DNA of 64,000 nt from an uncultured Pseudobdellovibrionaceae bacterium (lineage in GTDB: Bacteria > Bdellovibrionota > Bdellovibrionia > Bdellovibrionales > JAGQZY01): the NCBI GenBank assembly GCA_964588335.1, contig CAZPOV010000003.1, positions 148,125 to 212,124 on the forward strand, in the 5' to 3' direction. The position numbers and the translations under genes were made by a program. Shown in pieces: positions 18,028-27,505 of this stretch. The first letter of the stretch is position 1. Each line of letters opens with the position of its first letter. Under the pieces are notes generated by a model. It saw only the letters and a list, made by a program, of their open reading frames with translations, was not told the DNA's origin and did not search any database.

Positions 18028-20712
18028 ATGAATATCGGTACGTCTTCTGTTCGAGGAGTCATCTTGATAGCAATGATGATTTCGACAGCTGTTTCTTGTT
18101 CCAAAAAAGAAAATCGCACATCAGTCACCTTAAGTTTTTCACAGGGGCAGAATAGTGCGCTAAGCCTGAATTACAAAATTCAACACATCATCTTACAAGA
18201 AGATGATGGTCTCAACGGCTCATTCTTTCGTGAATGGGATTGCGAAATTCAAAATGCCTGTTCGAGTATTATCAGTGGCGGCAAAGTCACTCTTCAATTC
18301 GAAACCACCGTAGGCAAAGACCGCCCGTTACAACTTCTGGTCATAGCGGATGTCGACGATGGCACCGGTAAAAACACCATGGGCTTCTTTTATCATGGAG
18401 GACGATTCGACCTCAATAAACCTTTACCACCCTTTGAATTGGCCGAAATCGAAAAAGACATCAATATGGCCGTTGTCTCGGGTCGTTATGTTCCTACCGC
18501 AAATCACCCTTTAAGTGGTCGTTACTTAACGGGTGAAATTGCAACAGCCATCAAAGCCTCCACTCTGCCTGGTTTCAGCTACCCTGATATGCCTCTTTTA
18601 AAAGTTTTGGATTCTGAAATTTTTGGTGGCTATACCAACCTTTATGTATTCGAAAACATACCCGCGACTTATATTTTTCGTGGCTTCGATCAAGCTGGAA
18701 ACTTTCACAGTAAAACCCGAATCCTCAATGACCTTCATCCCGGAGAAAACGGCTTAACCACAGATAGCGCCGGCCTTGTTGCCAGTGGTAACAGCCGGGT
18801 TCGTTACACACTTAACGCCAACAGTGGTTTCTTTTATGACGAAAGAGACGGCGTTCCTGTGCAAAGATACTTTATTGAAAACATCACTGGTTTTTTTGGA
18901 GCCAACCCCAACGGACGCTACCTTTGCGCCGAAGACGATCCAACAGGGCAAACTTTTGATGGCTCAAACTCATCGGAAGAACTTTGTGCTAATGCCACCT
19001 GCAGCAGCCACTTTAATTGGAGTGACATTGCGGTGGCAGGTGACGTTAATGGCCCTGGAGACACATGCACTGACAACTTAGGGCTCAACATGGAGCTTAT
19101 GGACCTTCCTGAAGAAGGGGAAATGTTAGACTTTTTTGGTCCCTTTGTTGGTGCCGGCTCGACCACCGACAGTGTGGATTTTGATGAAGACACCGGGGTC
19201 TTAACCTGGAATTGGAACACCAATGTGCATGGAGTTCGAGGTGTTCCAGCTGTAGAAATTTTTGTTCGCACTTTGGCAAGTAATTTCAACGAAGATGTCC
19301 TGCGCGTACCCAAAAGCAATGGCCTTTTCTGCGATCGTTTGCTTGGGCAAAATTTTCGCTCCGCCGCTGTTCTAGATCGCGGAACCAATTCATTCACCCT
19401 TTCGCCCAACGATCTGGCAAACGAAAACCTTGTAATGGCTGTCTGTTTTCGGCGGCCGGTGGCTATTGGAGGCGGCTATTACAAAACCGCGCATCTTGAA
19501 GATGGCGACCGACACTCACAACCGAAACTCATCGAAATGCGACTGGTCGATTCGACATCGGGCGCGACAGAGGCTGGCTACGACTACAATTCTTTAGCTT
19601 GGGTGGGTGATGGTCTGATTAAAATGGACCCTGTGGATGCCGCCACTGAATCAAAGCAGTGGTTTGAAATAAGAAATACATCGGACAATATAATCACGGT
19701 TGATTCAGCCCATTTTCATGCAACTGTGGGAGGGCTCTCTTTTGAATGGACAACTTCCGATGCCAATCCATCTGGAAAAAACCGCTGCCCTGATTTAGGC
19801 AACGCGACCTTTAATTTGAATCCCGGAGAAGAATGTGTTTTTCAAATTATGTTTGATCCCACTGTTGAATCCTTCACCCAAGGCGCAACGATCCATCAAG
19901 GCGTGAGCATTTCATCTTATGACACAGTCACCGCGGAATATTCCGACTTTAGTTTTAATTTAGTGCCCCTCGTTGAATTATACGTGCCTGATTCTACACT
20001 AGCGTCGGCAAACGTAGCGCTCGCTGTGGAACTCTTCGCCCCGGAAGGGGAGGCAACCGTCAAAGTCATTCGCTTCGAAAACAATGACAGCATAAACACG
20101 TGGGATATCGGCTCAAACATTCCAGCGTCAGGCGCAAATCTTGGTGGCTCTATCAGAATCCATCACAACTGTGGGGTACTCGCCACACTCGGTGGTGAAT
20201 GTCACTTATATGTTCATTTTAGAAATCCTGAAGGCTCTGGTTTTACAGAAGCCTCGGTCGCTGGATCTTTTCCCGTGCCCAATTACAACAGCTCTTACAG
20301 CTTAACCATCAATCCCGTTCGCCTTGTGGATCGTCCAGTATTGAACGAGGCCAGCATTTATGACAACTATGTTAGCTTTGTGTTTCCTTTGCAATTTAGT
20401 GGGGGTCTTACCAACCAAACTGAAACTCTAACAATCACAAACGATTCATCGCAAGCAATGGCGATTCGAACCCCTGGGCAAGTGAATTCGGTGAGCCACA
20501 GTTACTCAATGAGTTATTCGGGCACTCCGACATATGGGTGGTGTTTTGACAGCCTTCCCAATGTCCAAGCCACTGGAGCGACCTGTGAATTCGATCTTGC
20601 AACCAACTACACTGGCAGCAGCGCAACCTTGGTGGATTGGTTCAATTTTTGGTACGGAATCGAAGGAACTTATCGAATTTTCGATTTCGATGTGGTCACA
20701 GATCATCAATAA
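18028..20712 (+). CDS. large lipoprotein (894 aa) with three C-terminal beta-sandwich-like repeats
   Basis: Lipobox STAVSC. There are three repeats of an 'xxIxNxS...G-E/A-x-C-x-F/L' pattern (LNPGEECVFQIMFDPT, LGGECHLYVHFRNPEG, TGATCEFDLATNY) reminiscent of ASH / choice-of-anchor-D domains. Confidence 0.65.
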   Translation: MNIGTSSVRGVILIAMMISTAVSCSKKENRTSVTLSFSQGQNSALSLNYKIQHIILQEDDGLNGSFFREWDCEIQNACSSIISGGKVTLQFETTVGKDRPLQLLVIADVDDGTGKNTMGFFYHGGRFDLNKPLPPFELAEIEKDINMAVVSGRYVPTANHPLSGRYLTGEIATAIKASTLPGFSYPDMPLLKVLDSEIFGGYTNLYVFENIPATYIFRGFDQAGNFHSKTRILNDLHPGENGLTTDSAGLVASGNSRVRYTLNANSGFFYDERDGVPVQRYFIENITGFFGANPNGRYLCAEDDPTGQTFDGSNSSEELCANATCSSHFNWSDIAVAGDVNGPGDTCTDNLGLNMELMDLPEEGEMLDFFGPFVGAGSTTDSVDFDEDTGVLTWNWNTNVHGVRGVPAVEIFVRTLASNFNEDVLRVPKSNGLFCDRLLGQNFRSAAVLDRGTNSFTLSPNDLANENLVMAVCFRRPVAIGGGYYKTAHLEDGDRHSQPKLIEMRLVDSTSGATEAGYDYNSLAWVGDGLIKMDPVDAATESKQWFEIRNTSDNIITVDSAHFHATVGGLSFEWTTSDANPSGKNRCPDLGNATFNLNPGEECVFQIMFDPTVESFTQGATIHQGVSISSYDTVTAEYSDFSFNLVPLVELYVPDSTLASANVALAVELFAPEGEATVKVIRFENNDSINTWDIGSNIPASGANLGGSIRIHHNCGVLATLGGECHLYVHFRNPEGSGFTEASVAGSFPVPNYNSSYSLTINPVRLVDRPVLNEASIYDNYVSFVFPLQFSGGLTNQTETLTITNDSSQAMAIRTPGQVNSVSHSYSMSYSGTPTYGWCFDSLPNVQATGATCEFDLATNYTGSSATLVDWFNFWYGIEGTYRIFDFDVVTDHQ

Positions 20713-20745
20713 TTCTCTACTTATAACGAATACTTATGGGACCTT

Positions 20746-20774
20746 TTAACCCTGCATCATAGGTGCGGGGTTAA
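20746..20774 (+). terminator. 10-bp hairpin after the 902-aa gene (no U-run)
   Basis: ttaaccctgc-N9-gcggggttaa, with one G.U pair. Confidence 0.3.
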
Positions 20775-20873
20775 ATTGCTTCTGACCGAATTTTTCTTGC
20801 AAAATATAAGACCCTTTTATTAATGTGTGCCGGACGTTGACACAACTGTTCATTTTGCGCGGAGGAGGCACAT

Positions 20874-21986
20874 ATGGTTTTTGAAAATATTGGCAAAAAT
20901 GGCAATCACGAAGAGGTGGTTTTCTGCCATGATAAAGAAACCGGTCTTAAAGCCATCATCGCCATCCACAACACAACATTAGGTCCCGCACTTGGTGGAA
21001 CACGGATGTGGAACTACGCCAGTGAAGAAGAGGCGTTGGTTGATGTTCTTCGCCTGTCGGAAGGGATGACCTACAAAGCAGCGGCGGCTGGGTTGAACCT
21101 CGGTGGTGGAAAAGCCGTGATTATTGGCGATCCCAAAAAAGACAAAACCGAAGGACTGTTCCGCGCCTTTGGAATTTACATTAACACTTTGAATGGCCGC
21201 TATATCACGGCTGAAGATGTGGGAACCAGTGTTCACGACATGGAAAAAGTCTATGCCGAAACGCCCTGGGTGACGGGGATTCCAAAAGGCCTTGGCGGTT
21301 CTGGTGACCCGTCTCCGCACACCGCTCACGGTGTTTTAATGGCGATCAAAGCTGCGTGCAAAGAGAAGTTAGGCTCTGACAATATGGATGGTATTCGCGT
21401 GGCTGTGCAAGGCCTTGGCAACGTTGGTTCCAACTTAGTGAAGTTTCTTGTCGAAGAAGGAGCGAAGGTTACAATTTCCGATATCGATAAAGAGCGCACC
21501 AACAAGTTAGCCGAAAAATACAATTTACAAGTGGCCGATCCCAACGAAATTCACATGACCGAATGTGATGTTTTTGCCCCTTGCGCATTGGGTGCGGTCA
21601 TCAATGATCAGACGATCCCTCAACTAAAGTGTAAGGTTGTGGCAGGGGGAGCCAACAATATGCTCGCTGAAACTCGTCACGGTGATGCTCTCCGAGAAAT
21701 GGGTATTTTATACGCTCCCGATTTCGTCGCCAATGCCGGTGGGCTGATGAACGTGTTTGCTGAGTTAGAGGGATACTCCATTGAACGAGCCCTTGAACGC
21801 ACCACTGCTGTTTATGATAACATGATGAATATTTTCGCATTAGCGAAGCGGGACAACTGCTCGACTCATGACGCGGCTTTTAAATTTGCCTCAGCCCGAC
21901 TTGAAACATTGGGTCGCTTAAAACAAAAGCACCAAGGTCGCGCCTCACGTCCTTACTCAACCTTAAAAGAAGTCTACAATCGCTAG
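20874..21986 (+). CDS. leucine (Leu/Phe/Val) dehydrogenase
   Basis: 370 aa. EEVVFCHDKETGLKAIIAIHNTTLGPALGGTRMWNY and GGGKAVI (catalytic Lys) motifs, plus the GLGNVG Rossmann motif. Confidence 0.85.
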   Translation: MVFENIGKNGNHEEVVFCHDKETGLKAIIAIHNTTLGPALGGTRMWNYASEEEALVDVLRLSEGMTYKAAAAGLNLGGGKAVIIGDPKKDKTEGLFRAFGIYINTLNGRYITAEDVGTSVHDMEKVYAETPWVTGIPKGLGGSGDPSPHTAHGVLMAIKAACKEKLGSDNMDGIRVAVQGLGNVGSNLVKFLVEEGAKVTISDIDKERTNKLAEKYNLQVADPNEIHMTECDVFAPCALGAVINDQTIPQLKCKVVAGGANNMLAETRHGDALREMGILYAPDFVANAGGLMNVFAELEGYSIERALERTTAVYDNMMNIFALAKRDNCSTHDAAFKFASARLETLGRLKQKHQGRASRPYSTLKEVYNR

Positions 21987-22041
21987 TCGAGCGACTTAGA
22001 GGGCTGGCAGTGACTGTCTCAGTCGCGTTAAAGCCCCTCAG

Positions 22042-22073
22042 AACCTCTCTGTAGCCCAGAGAGGTTTTTTTTT
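22042..22073 (+). terminator. rho-independent terminator
   Basis: aacctctct-gtagccc-agagaggtt followed by T9. Confidence 0.75.
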
Positions 22074-22249
22074 GCAAAAGCCTCCATCGGAGCTTTGTGA
22101 AAGCCTCAAAAAAGAAAGCAGCCAGAAAGCCCCGTCCGCACTCTCTGTACAGATAAGAATTTCGACCTAAAGCTCATAGATTATTGACTTTTCTATGATT
22201 TCGCACTTTTCTAGGGACTTACTTAATAGTATCGGACAAGGAGCCCTTA

Positions 22250-23092
22250 GTGAGTCAGGATAAACAAGATTTCGACATTCTCGATTTTGCATCAAAGACA
22301 GCAAAAGTTATCGAAAACAATTTTAAAATTCTCCTTGGACTGTTTGTCGTGGCTGTCGTTGCCGGAGCCATTTATTCCTTTGTCGACCACCAAAATCGAC
22401 AACAAGAAATGCAGGCCTTCACAGAGCTTTATAAAATCACTAAAATTTATACCGACAAAAAGTCGGCGTATGATGAGGCGAAAGCGGCACTGGATGAAAA
22501 GAGTGATCCCAAACAAAAATCAGAAGACGGGGAGGACGCACCCAAAAAAGATCTGCAAGCCGCCACCGGTGATTTGGAAAAAGACTACCCTCAAGTTCCT
22601 GACCGGCTGCAAGCTTTTATCGAAAAACACAAAGGCAACAACGCCAGCGGCGAAGCGGCCCTGATTCTTTCTGAAATCTACGACGATTACAACATGCCAG
22701 AAAAAGGGGCGGCTCAGCTCGACAAAGTGATTAAAAACTGGGGTTCTGAAAATGTTTTATTTTTTGTGATGCAGATGCGAGCCGGGGATTTGCACGCTGG
22801 CAGTAACGATTGCAACAGTGCCATTCCCTATTGGCAAGAAGTGGCCAACTCGAAAAGCTTTATTGCCAAACAGGCCCAGTTGAAATTGGGAGTCTGTCTG
22901 CAAAAAGTAGGACGCCTTGAAGAAGCCAAACAGTGGTTCAATCAGTTGGTCGAAGCTGACCCCAATTCCACAGAAGGATTTAGTGCCAAACGTTATCTGC
23001 GTTTTTTAAAATTCAAGAGCAAAGTCGAAACCGATGCCAAGTCTGATGACAAAGCTCAGAACAAAGACTCCAAAAAAGACCAGGCTTCATGA
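22250..23092 (+). CDS. YfgM-like membrane-anchored TPR protein
   Basis: Single N-terminal TM helix (LLGLFVVAVVAGAIYSFV) and a C-terminal TPR-like region. It overlaps (ATGA) a BamB-like gene, as in the enterobacterial yfgM-bamB pair. Confidence 0.55.
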   Translation: MSQDKQDFDILDFASKTAKVIENNFKILLGLFVVAVVAGAIYSFVDHQNRQQEMQAFTELYKITKIYTDKKSAYDEAKAALDEKSDPKQKSEDGEDAPKKDLQAATGDLEKDYPQVPDRLQAFIEKHKGNNASGEAALILSEIYDDYNMPEKGAAQLDKVIKNWGSENVLFFVMQMRAGDLHAGSNDCNSAIPYWQEVANSKSFIAKQAQLKLGVCLQKVGRLEEAKQWFNQLVEADPNSTEGFSAKRYLRFLKFKSKVETDAKSDDKAQNKDSKKDQAS

Positions 23093-24216
23093 AATTTGTT
23101 TTTTTCTTGATAAGCCTACTCTTGGTTTTACCTGGCTGGGGCAAGTCTCAGTTATCTCGACAGTGGTCACGTTCCACATTGCAATCGCCGCATTATAAGT
23201 TTAGACACCAAAATCGCATGGTGCCTTTATTGACTGAGTCTCTGGTTATTCAGGGCAACGCTATTGATGGAATCAAAGCCTTTCGACGCAAATCCGGACA
23301 CATGCTTTGGGCCCTTGAGGTGGACAACGGAGTTGAGGGTGGTGCTGCATTGGATGAAAACCGACTTTATTTCGGTGCCAATAATGGCAAATTCTACTGC
23401 CTGGATGTCAACAGTGGGGCGGTGCTGTGGACCCATGATCTGAATTCCGAGTCTTTGTCGAAACCCTTGGTGGAGGGACAAATCGTTTACCACGTGACTG
23501 GTAATAATACTCTTTACGCTTTTAATAAAAACACCGGTGAATCGTTGTGGGTGAAAACCAATGCTGCGAAATCCAACATGACAGTGCGCGGACAAACTGC
23601 ACCGATTTACGAATCCGGAGTTCTATACCTGGGTTTTAGTGACGGCTCGTTTGCTGCGATCAATGCACAAAACGGTCGCCAGTTATGGAGTAAACGTATT
23701 GGCGACGACAAAAAGTTTAATGATGTCGATGCCACCCCTGTGATCACTGACGCCTGCCTGCTGGTCAGCAGTTTTGCCAACGCTCTTTACTGCATTGACA
23801 AAAATACTGGAAACATCAAATGGCGGCATGACGAAGGTGGGTATTTCTCGGTTATGGTTGCCGATGATCTGATTTATTACCCCACGCTCGGTGGAGAGAT
23901 TCATTTATTAGAGGCCCAATCGGGCAAGTTGATTCGCAAGGTGATCAATATTGATGGTCTGGCAACCACTCCTGTGGCGGTGGGCCCATACATTGTGTAC
24001 GGCGAAACCGAAGGAAAACTGATCGTCAGAAACAAGACGGACTTACAAGAGGTGGACTCTTTTGCCCCAGGGCTGGGGATGTTTGCTCCACCAAGTGTTG
24101 ATCCGAAGACAGAGCAGATTTATTTTGTTTCCAATGATGCCAACCTTTATCGCGTCGACTTAAAAGATCGCAAAGACAATCGTTTTCTATGGAGTGAATC
24201 CAATGTCACAAAATAA
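23089..24216 (+). CDS. bamB: PQQ-repeat beta-propeller, BamB-like outer-membrane assembly factor
   Basis: At least five repeats of the G-x-hydrophobic-Y/F-x-hydrophobic-D/N-x2-(T/S)G-x3-W motif (e.g. GKFYCLDVNSGAVLW, NTLYAFNKNTGESLW). It has a signal peptide but no lipobox Cys. Confidence 0.65.
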   Translation: MKFVFFLISLLLVLPGWGKSQLSRQWSRSTLQSPHYKFRHQNRMVPLLTESLVIQGNAIDGIKAFRRKSGHMLWALEVDNGVEGGAALDENRLYFGANNGKFYCLDVNSGAVLWTHDLNSESLSKPLVEGQIVYHVTGNNTLYAFNKNTGESLWVKTNAAKSNMTVRGQTAPIYESGVLYLGFSDGSFAAINAQNGRQLWSKRIGDDKKFNDVDATPVITDACLLVSSFANALYCIDKNTGNIKWRHDEGGYFSVMVADDLIYYPTLGGEIHLLEAQSGKLIRKVINIDGLATTPVAVGPYIVYGETEGKLIVRNKTDLQEVDSFAPGLGMFAPPSVDPKTEQIYFVSNDANLYRVDLKDRKDNRFLWSESNVTK

Positions 24217-24613
24217 AGTCTTAAGAAGCTTAGTCTGGTGTTGCACCCTGATCATTGTCGCTTGTAGTACAGGTCACTGTCGTCGCGACAGCCAAGAGGT
24301 TTTACAGAAAGTGGATCCTAAGCCTCCCACCGGTTATGAGGAAGAAAACCTCGGTAGCTTACGGGTGGGTAAAGCCGATGGATCACAGCAATGTGGTATG
24401 CGAGCCGGTGTTTCTTTAGAAGATATGGCTAAAGAAGAATTGCAGGGTGTGACGATCTTATCCTCGGAAAAAAGAAACGATGGCCTGATGCGTATTCAAT
24501 CTTGTGGAGCGTCTACCGGCATGCTTAACACTTACGAGATTCGCCACCAGGACCTTCGTAAAGCCCAGAAGTCGGGTTTCACCGTCATTAAAGAGCAAAA
24601 AAATCAGCAATAA
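24203..24613 (+). CDS. small lipoprotein, hypothetical
   Basis: Lipobox LIIVAC and a GGAGTG RBS. It overlaps the bamB-like 3' end. Confidence 0.5.
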   Translation: MSQNKVLRSLVWCCTLIIVACSTGHCRRDSQEVLQKVDPKPPTGYEEENLGSLRVGKADGSQQCGMRAGVSLEDMAKEELQGVTILSSEKRNDGLMRIQSCGASTGMLNTYEIRHQDLRKAQKSGFTVIKEQKNQQ

Positions 24614-24702
24614 TCACAGTCCAATGTCTGGCTAAAATTTGAATTTCCGCATGGGTTTGCCGATGAGATCAAGTATTCAATACAAACCTTGGAGAATCAT
24701 CT

Positions 24703-25800
24703 ATGCTGGCATCGGCACAACATTTTTTAGCAAAAACATATTGGGGAAACACGGTGGGAGAGTGGGCCTTATCACTTTTTCTGATTTTAGGTGTTCTGCT
24801 TTTTTCCAAAGTCCTTAGCACTGTCCTGACACGGGCGCTTAAAAAACTTGTTGGTAAAACAGAAAACACCATCGACGATGCGATTTTTCAAATTGTTGAT
24901 GAACCTTTGCGTTTGATTATCAGCCTAACGGGGACGTGGATTGCCTTTGGCCTTTTGGATTGGCCGCAAATGATTCAACGAATTGGTAGCATCAGCTTTT
25001 ATTTTGTGGCGGTACTCAGTTGTGCCTGGATTTTGGATCGTTTTTTCTGTCGCCTTTTTGAGGAATTCATTGTTCCACTCACCCAAAAAACTGAGACCGA
25101 TCTTGACGACCAACTGCTACCGATTGCCAAGCGAGGCGTGCGCACCATCATTTGGGCGGTGGCCTTTATCGTCGGTGTCGACAATGCCGGTTATGATATC
25201 GGCGCCGTTCTCGCAGGGCTGGGAATTGGTGGTTTGGCTTTCGCATTGGCGGCTCAAGACACAGTATCAAACCTGTTTGGAAGTATTACTATCTTTGTTG
25301 ATAAACCCTTCAAAGTCGGTGAGCGCGTGCAAGTCAGTGGCATCGATGGTGTAGTTATAGAGATCGGTACACGCAGTACCCGAATTCGCACCCTTGAAGG
25401 ACGCATTGTGACCATCCCCAACTCTCAATTTACAGACAATGCCGTCACCAACGTTAGCTCGGAGCCGACCCGCAAAGTCTGTGTCGACCTAGGGCTGACC
25501 TACGACACCACTCCAGAGCAAATCGAACAGGCGATTCAGATTCTACGTAACATTGTCAGTGAAACCGAAGGTGTTCTTGACGATCATTATGCTTGGTTTG
25601 GTTCGTTTGGTGATTTTTCACTGGGCGTGTCTCTGATTTATTATATCAAAAAGGATTCACCACTGGTGGACACCCAGACCGAAATCAACCTGAAAATCAT
25701 GCGTGAATTTGCAAAAGCCAATCTTGAAATGGCATTCCCAACTCAGACCCTATACCACATCAATCCGGGCCAACAGTCAGAATTGAAAAGGTCGGCCTAG
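24703..25800 (+). CDS. small-conductance mechanosensitive channel (MscS family)
   Basis: Multiple TM helices, then DKPFKVGERVQVSGIDGVVIEIGTRSTRIRTLEGRIVTIPNSQF, the MscS beta-domain signature. Confidence 0.85.
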   Translation: MLASAQHFLAKTYWGNTVGEWALSLFLILGVLLFSKVLSTVLTRALKKLVGKTENTIDDAIFQIVDEPLRLIISLTGTWIAFGLLDWPQMIQRIGSISFYFVAVLSCAWILDRFFCRLFEEFIVPLTQKTETDLDDQLLPIAKRGVRTIIWAVAFIVGVDNAGYDIGAVLAGLGIGGLAFALAAQDTVSNLFGSITIFVDKPFKVGERVQVSGIDGVVIEIGTRSTRIRTLEGRIVTIPNSQFTDNAVTNVSSEPTRKVCVDLGLTYDTTPEQIEQAIQILRNIVSETEGVLDDHYAWFGSFGDFSLGVSLIYYIKKDSPLVDTQTEINLKIMREFAKANLEMAFPTQTLYHINPGQQSELKRSA

Positions 25801-25815
25801 ACCTTTCCCGAGTTG

Positions 25816-25849
25816 AGTCTATCATGACCTTTGAAAGTCATGATAGACT
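25816..25849 (+). promoter_or_regulatory. perfect 13-bp-stem intercistronic hairpin
   Basis: agtctatcatgac-ctttgaaa-gtcatgatagact, located 16 nt after the MscS stop. It covers the ATG used by the ORF track (25824). Confidence 0.6.
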
Positions 25850-25856
25850 GAGGCCT

Positions 25857-27152
25857 ATGGGGCGTTTAGAGAATTTTATTCCGAAACTTGAGAAATTTAA
25901 GATCGAAGAGGGCGGCGGTATCGCTGTCGTTCAGTTCAATGGCAAAGATTCATTTCCAGTGGGTCCTGAAACTCTGTCTTTTCTAAAGCAAATCAATGGC
26001 CATCTGTCTTTGCGCGAGATCTTTCTTTTTCTCAACGAGAAGAAAGCTTTCTTTAGTATCGACAAATGCATCGAGATGCTCCGACATCTTGGAAATCTTG
26101 GCGTCATGGACAATGCTGATGATTTTTTTCATGTTCTGCATGGATCCAAGGCCGGGCGCAGTCACAATCCAAAAGCCAGTCGCTTAAAGGAAGACTATTT
26201 TTCCCAGGAAAGACTGATCGCTTTGATCCAAAAGACCACCTTGTTTCTGCAGTGTGATCGCTCCATCGCCGAATCTATTTTAAAAGAATCCAAACTATTG
26301 AAGGTTCCGGCGGGCGAAAAGCTAATCAACCAAGGAACCAAGAGCACTTATTTCTTTGTGCTTCTGGCTGGAGAGGTGGGCGTTTTTCGTGGCAGTGAGT
26401 GCCTTGCCAGTCTTGGCCCTCTTACTGTGTTTGGTGAAAGTGCCGCGATTTTTAATCAACCCCGCAATGCCGATGTTAAAACCCAGGAAGAGTCCTGGGT
26501 GCTACGAATTGACGCCAGCCAAATCGTCGACACTAAAAGTCCAGAAAGTTTCGAGGCCTTTAAAGGCTTAAAGTCACGTTTGATTCTCAATCAAACTTTG
26601 GCAGCCAACCCCTTGTTCCGCTCGTTGCCCACCGATGTGATGCAGTTTTTTATCTCCAAATGTCGGATTGAAAAATACGGACGCGAGCAAATTGTGATTG
26701 AGCAAGGCGAGACCAGTGGTGATTTTTATTTTATTCTCAAAGGCTCAGTCTCTGTGATTAAGGACGGAATTCCCGTCACCAGCTTAGGCGAGGGCAATCA
26801 CTTTGGCGAGGTGGCTGCCATGTTCAACGAACCGCGCACCGCCACCGTTTTATGTGAGACCTCCTGTGCTTTCTTGGTCCTCAATCAAAAATCATTGATG
26901 GAGGTTTTAGCCAGCCATTTTCGATTGGCTGTTGATATCGAAAGAACAGCCAAATTGCGACGCAACTCCAAAGGCAACGTCTTGCAGATTTTTGAAGACA
27001 TTGACTCCACAGAAGAGGACACAGCCGTCACTGTGGTGGAGTTTTCCGGTTCGATGGCCATCGATGAGGACTTCTTAGAAGCTTCACAAAGCAACTTCGA
27101 AATGGAGTTGGTGGATTTTTCTGAGTACAGTGATGACGAGGAAGCCTCTTAG
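25857..27152 (+). CDS. tandem cyclic-nucleotide-binding (CAP_ED x2) protein with acidic tail
   Basis: Two cNMP phosphate-binding cassettes, FGESAAIFNQPRNADVKT and FGEVAAMFNEPRTATVLC. Start moved to the ATG at 25857 (TGAGG RBS) because the hairpin covers 25824. Confidence 0.8.
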   Translation: MGRLENFIPKLEKFKIEEGGGIAVVQFNGKDSFPVGPETLSFLKQINGHLSLREIFLFLNEKKAFFSIDKCIEMLRHLGNLGVMDNADDFFHVLHGSKAGRSHNPKASRLKEDYFSQERLIALIQKTTLFLQCDRSIAESILKESKLLKVPAGEKLINQGTKSTYFFVLLAGEVGVFRGSECLASLGPLTVFGESAAIFNQPRNADVKTQEESWVLRIDASQIVDTKSPESFEAFKGLKSRLILNQTLAANPLFRSLPTDVMQFFISKCRIEKYGREQIVIEQGETSGDFYFILKGSVSVIKDGIPVTSLGEGNHFGEVAAMFNEPRTATVLCETSCAFLVLNQKSLMEVLASHFRLAVDIERTAKLRRNSKGNVLQIFEDIDSTEEDTAVTVVEFSGSMAIDEDFLEASQSNFEMELVDFSEYSDDEEAS

Positions 27153-27505
27153 GACAATAAGAGTCGACCGGCCGAAATCATCCCACTGCCAATCAATAAA
27201 CCATAGATGACCCACATCAATTGCAGGCGACTCGGTGACCGACCCAATTTTTTAAACAAAGACTTCACAAACTGGCCCTCGTCGTCAGGCGATAGGCTTT
27301 GACCCTCAAGACGCCTTTGCCATTGGGTGAGTAGGCATTGATCATTGTTGCACTTCCAATGACCGATGACGACGACAATGGCGACCAGGTGCCATGGCAG
27401 CGTTGATAGCGGTAGCAACCAGCCGAAAATAAAATAGACGATAAAAAGCAGATGAATCAAACCCACAAGCTTGGCTAACAAAAGAGAGGCATTCGTCACC
27501 ATCAC
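27149..27505 (-). CDS. small 3-4 TM membrane protein (DUF2784-like)
   Basis: Hydrophobic N-terminal half and a CLLTQWQRRL motif resembling the DUF2784 C-P-L-T core. The call is weak. Confidence 0.4.
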   Translation of the reverse strand: MMVTNASLLLAKLVGLIHLLFIVYFIFGWLLPLSTLPWHLVAIVVVIGHWKCNNDQCLLTQWQRRLEGQSLSPDDEGQFVKSLFKKLGRSPSRLQLMWVIYGLLIGSGMISAGRLLLS

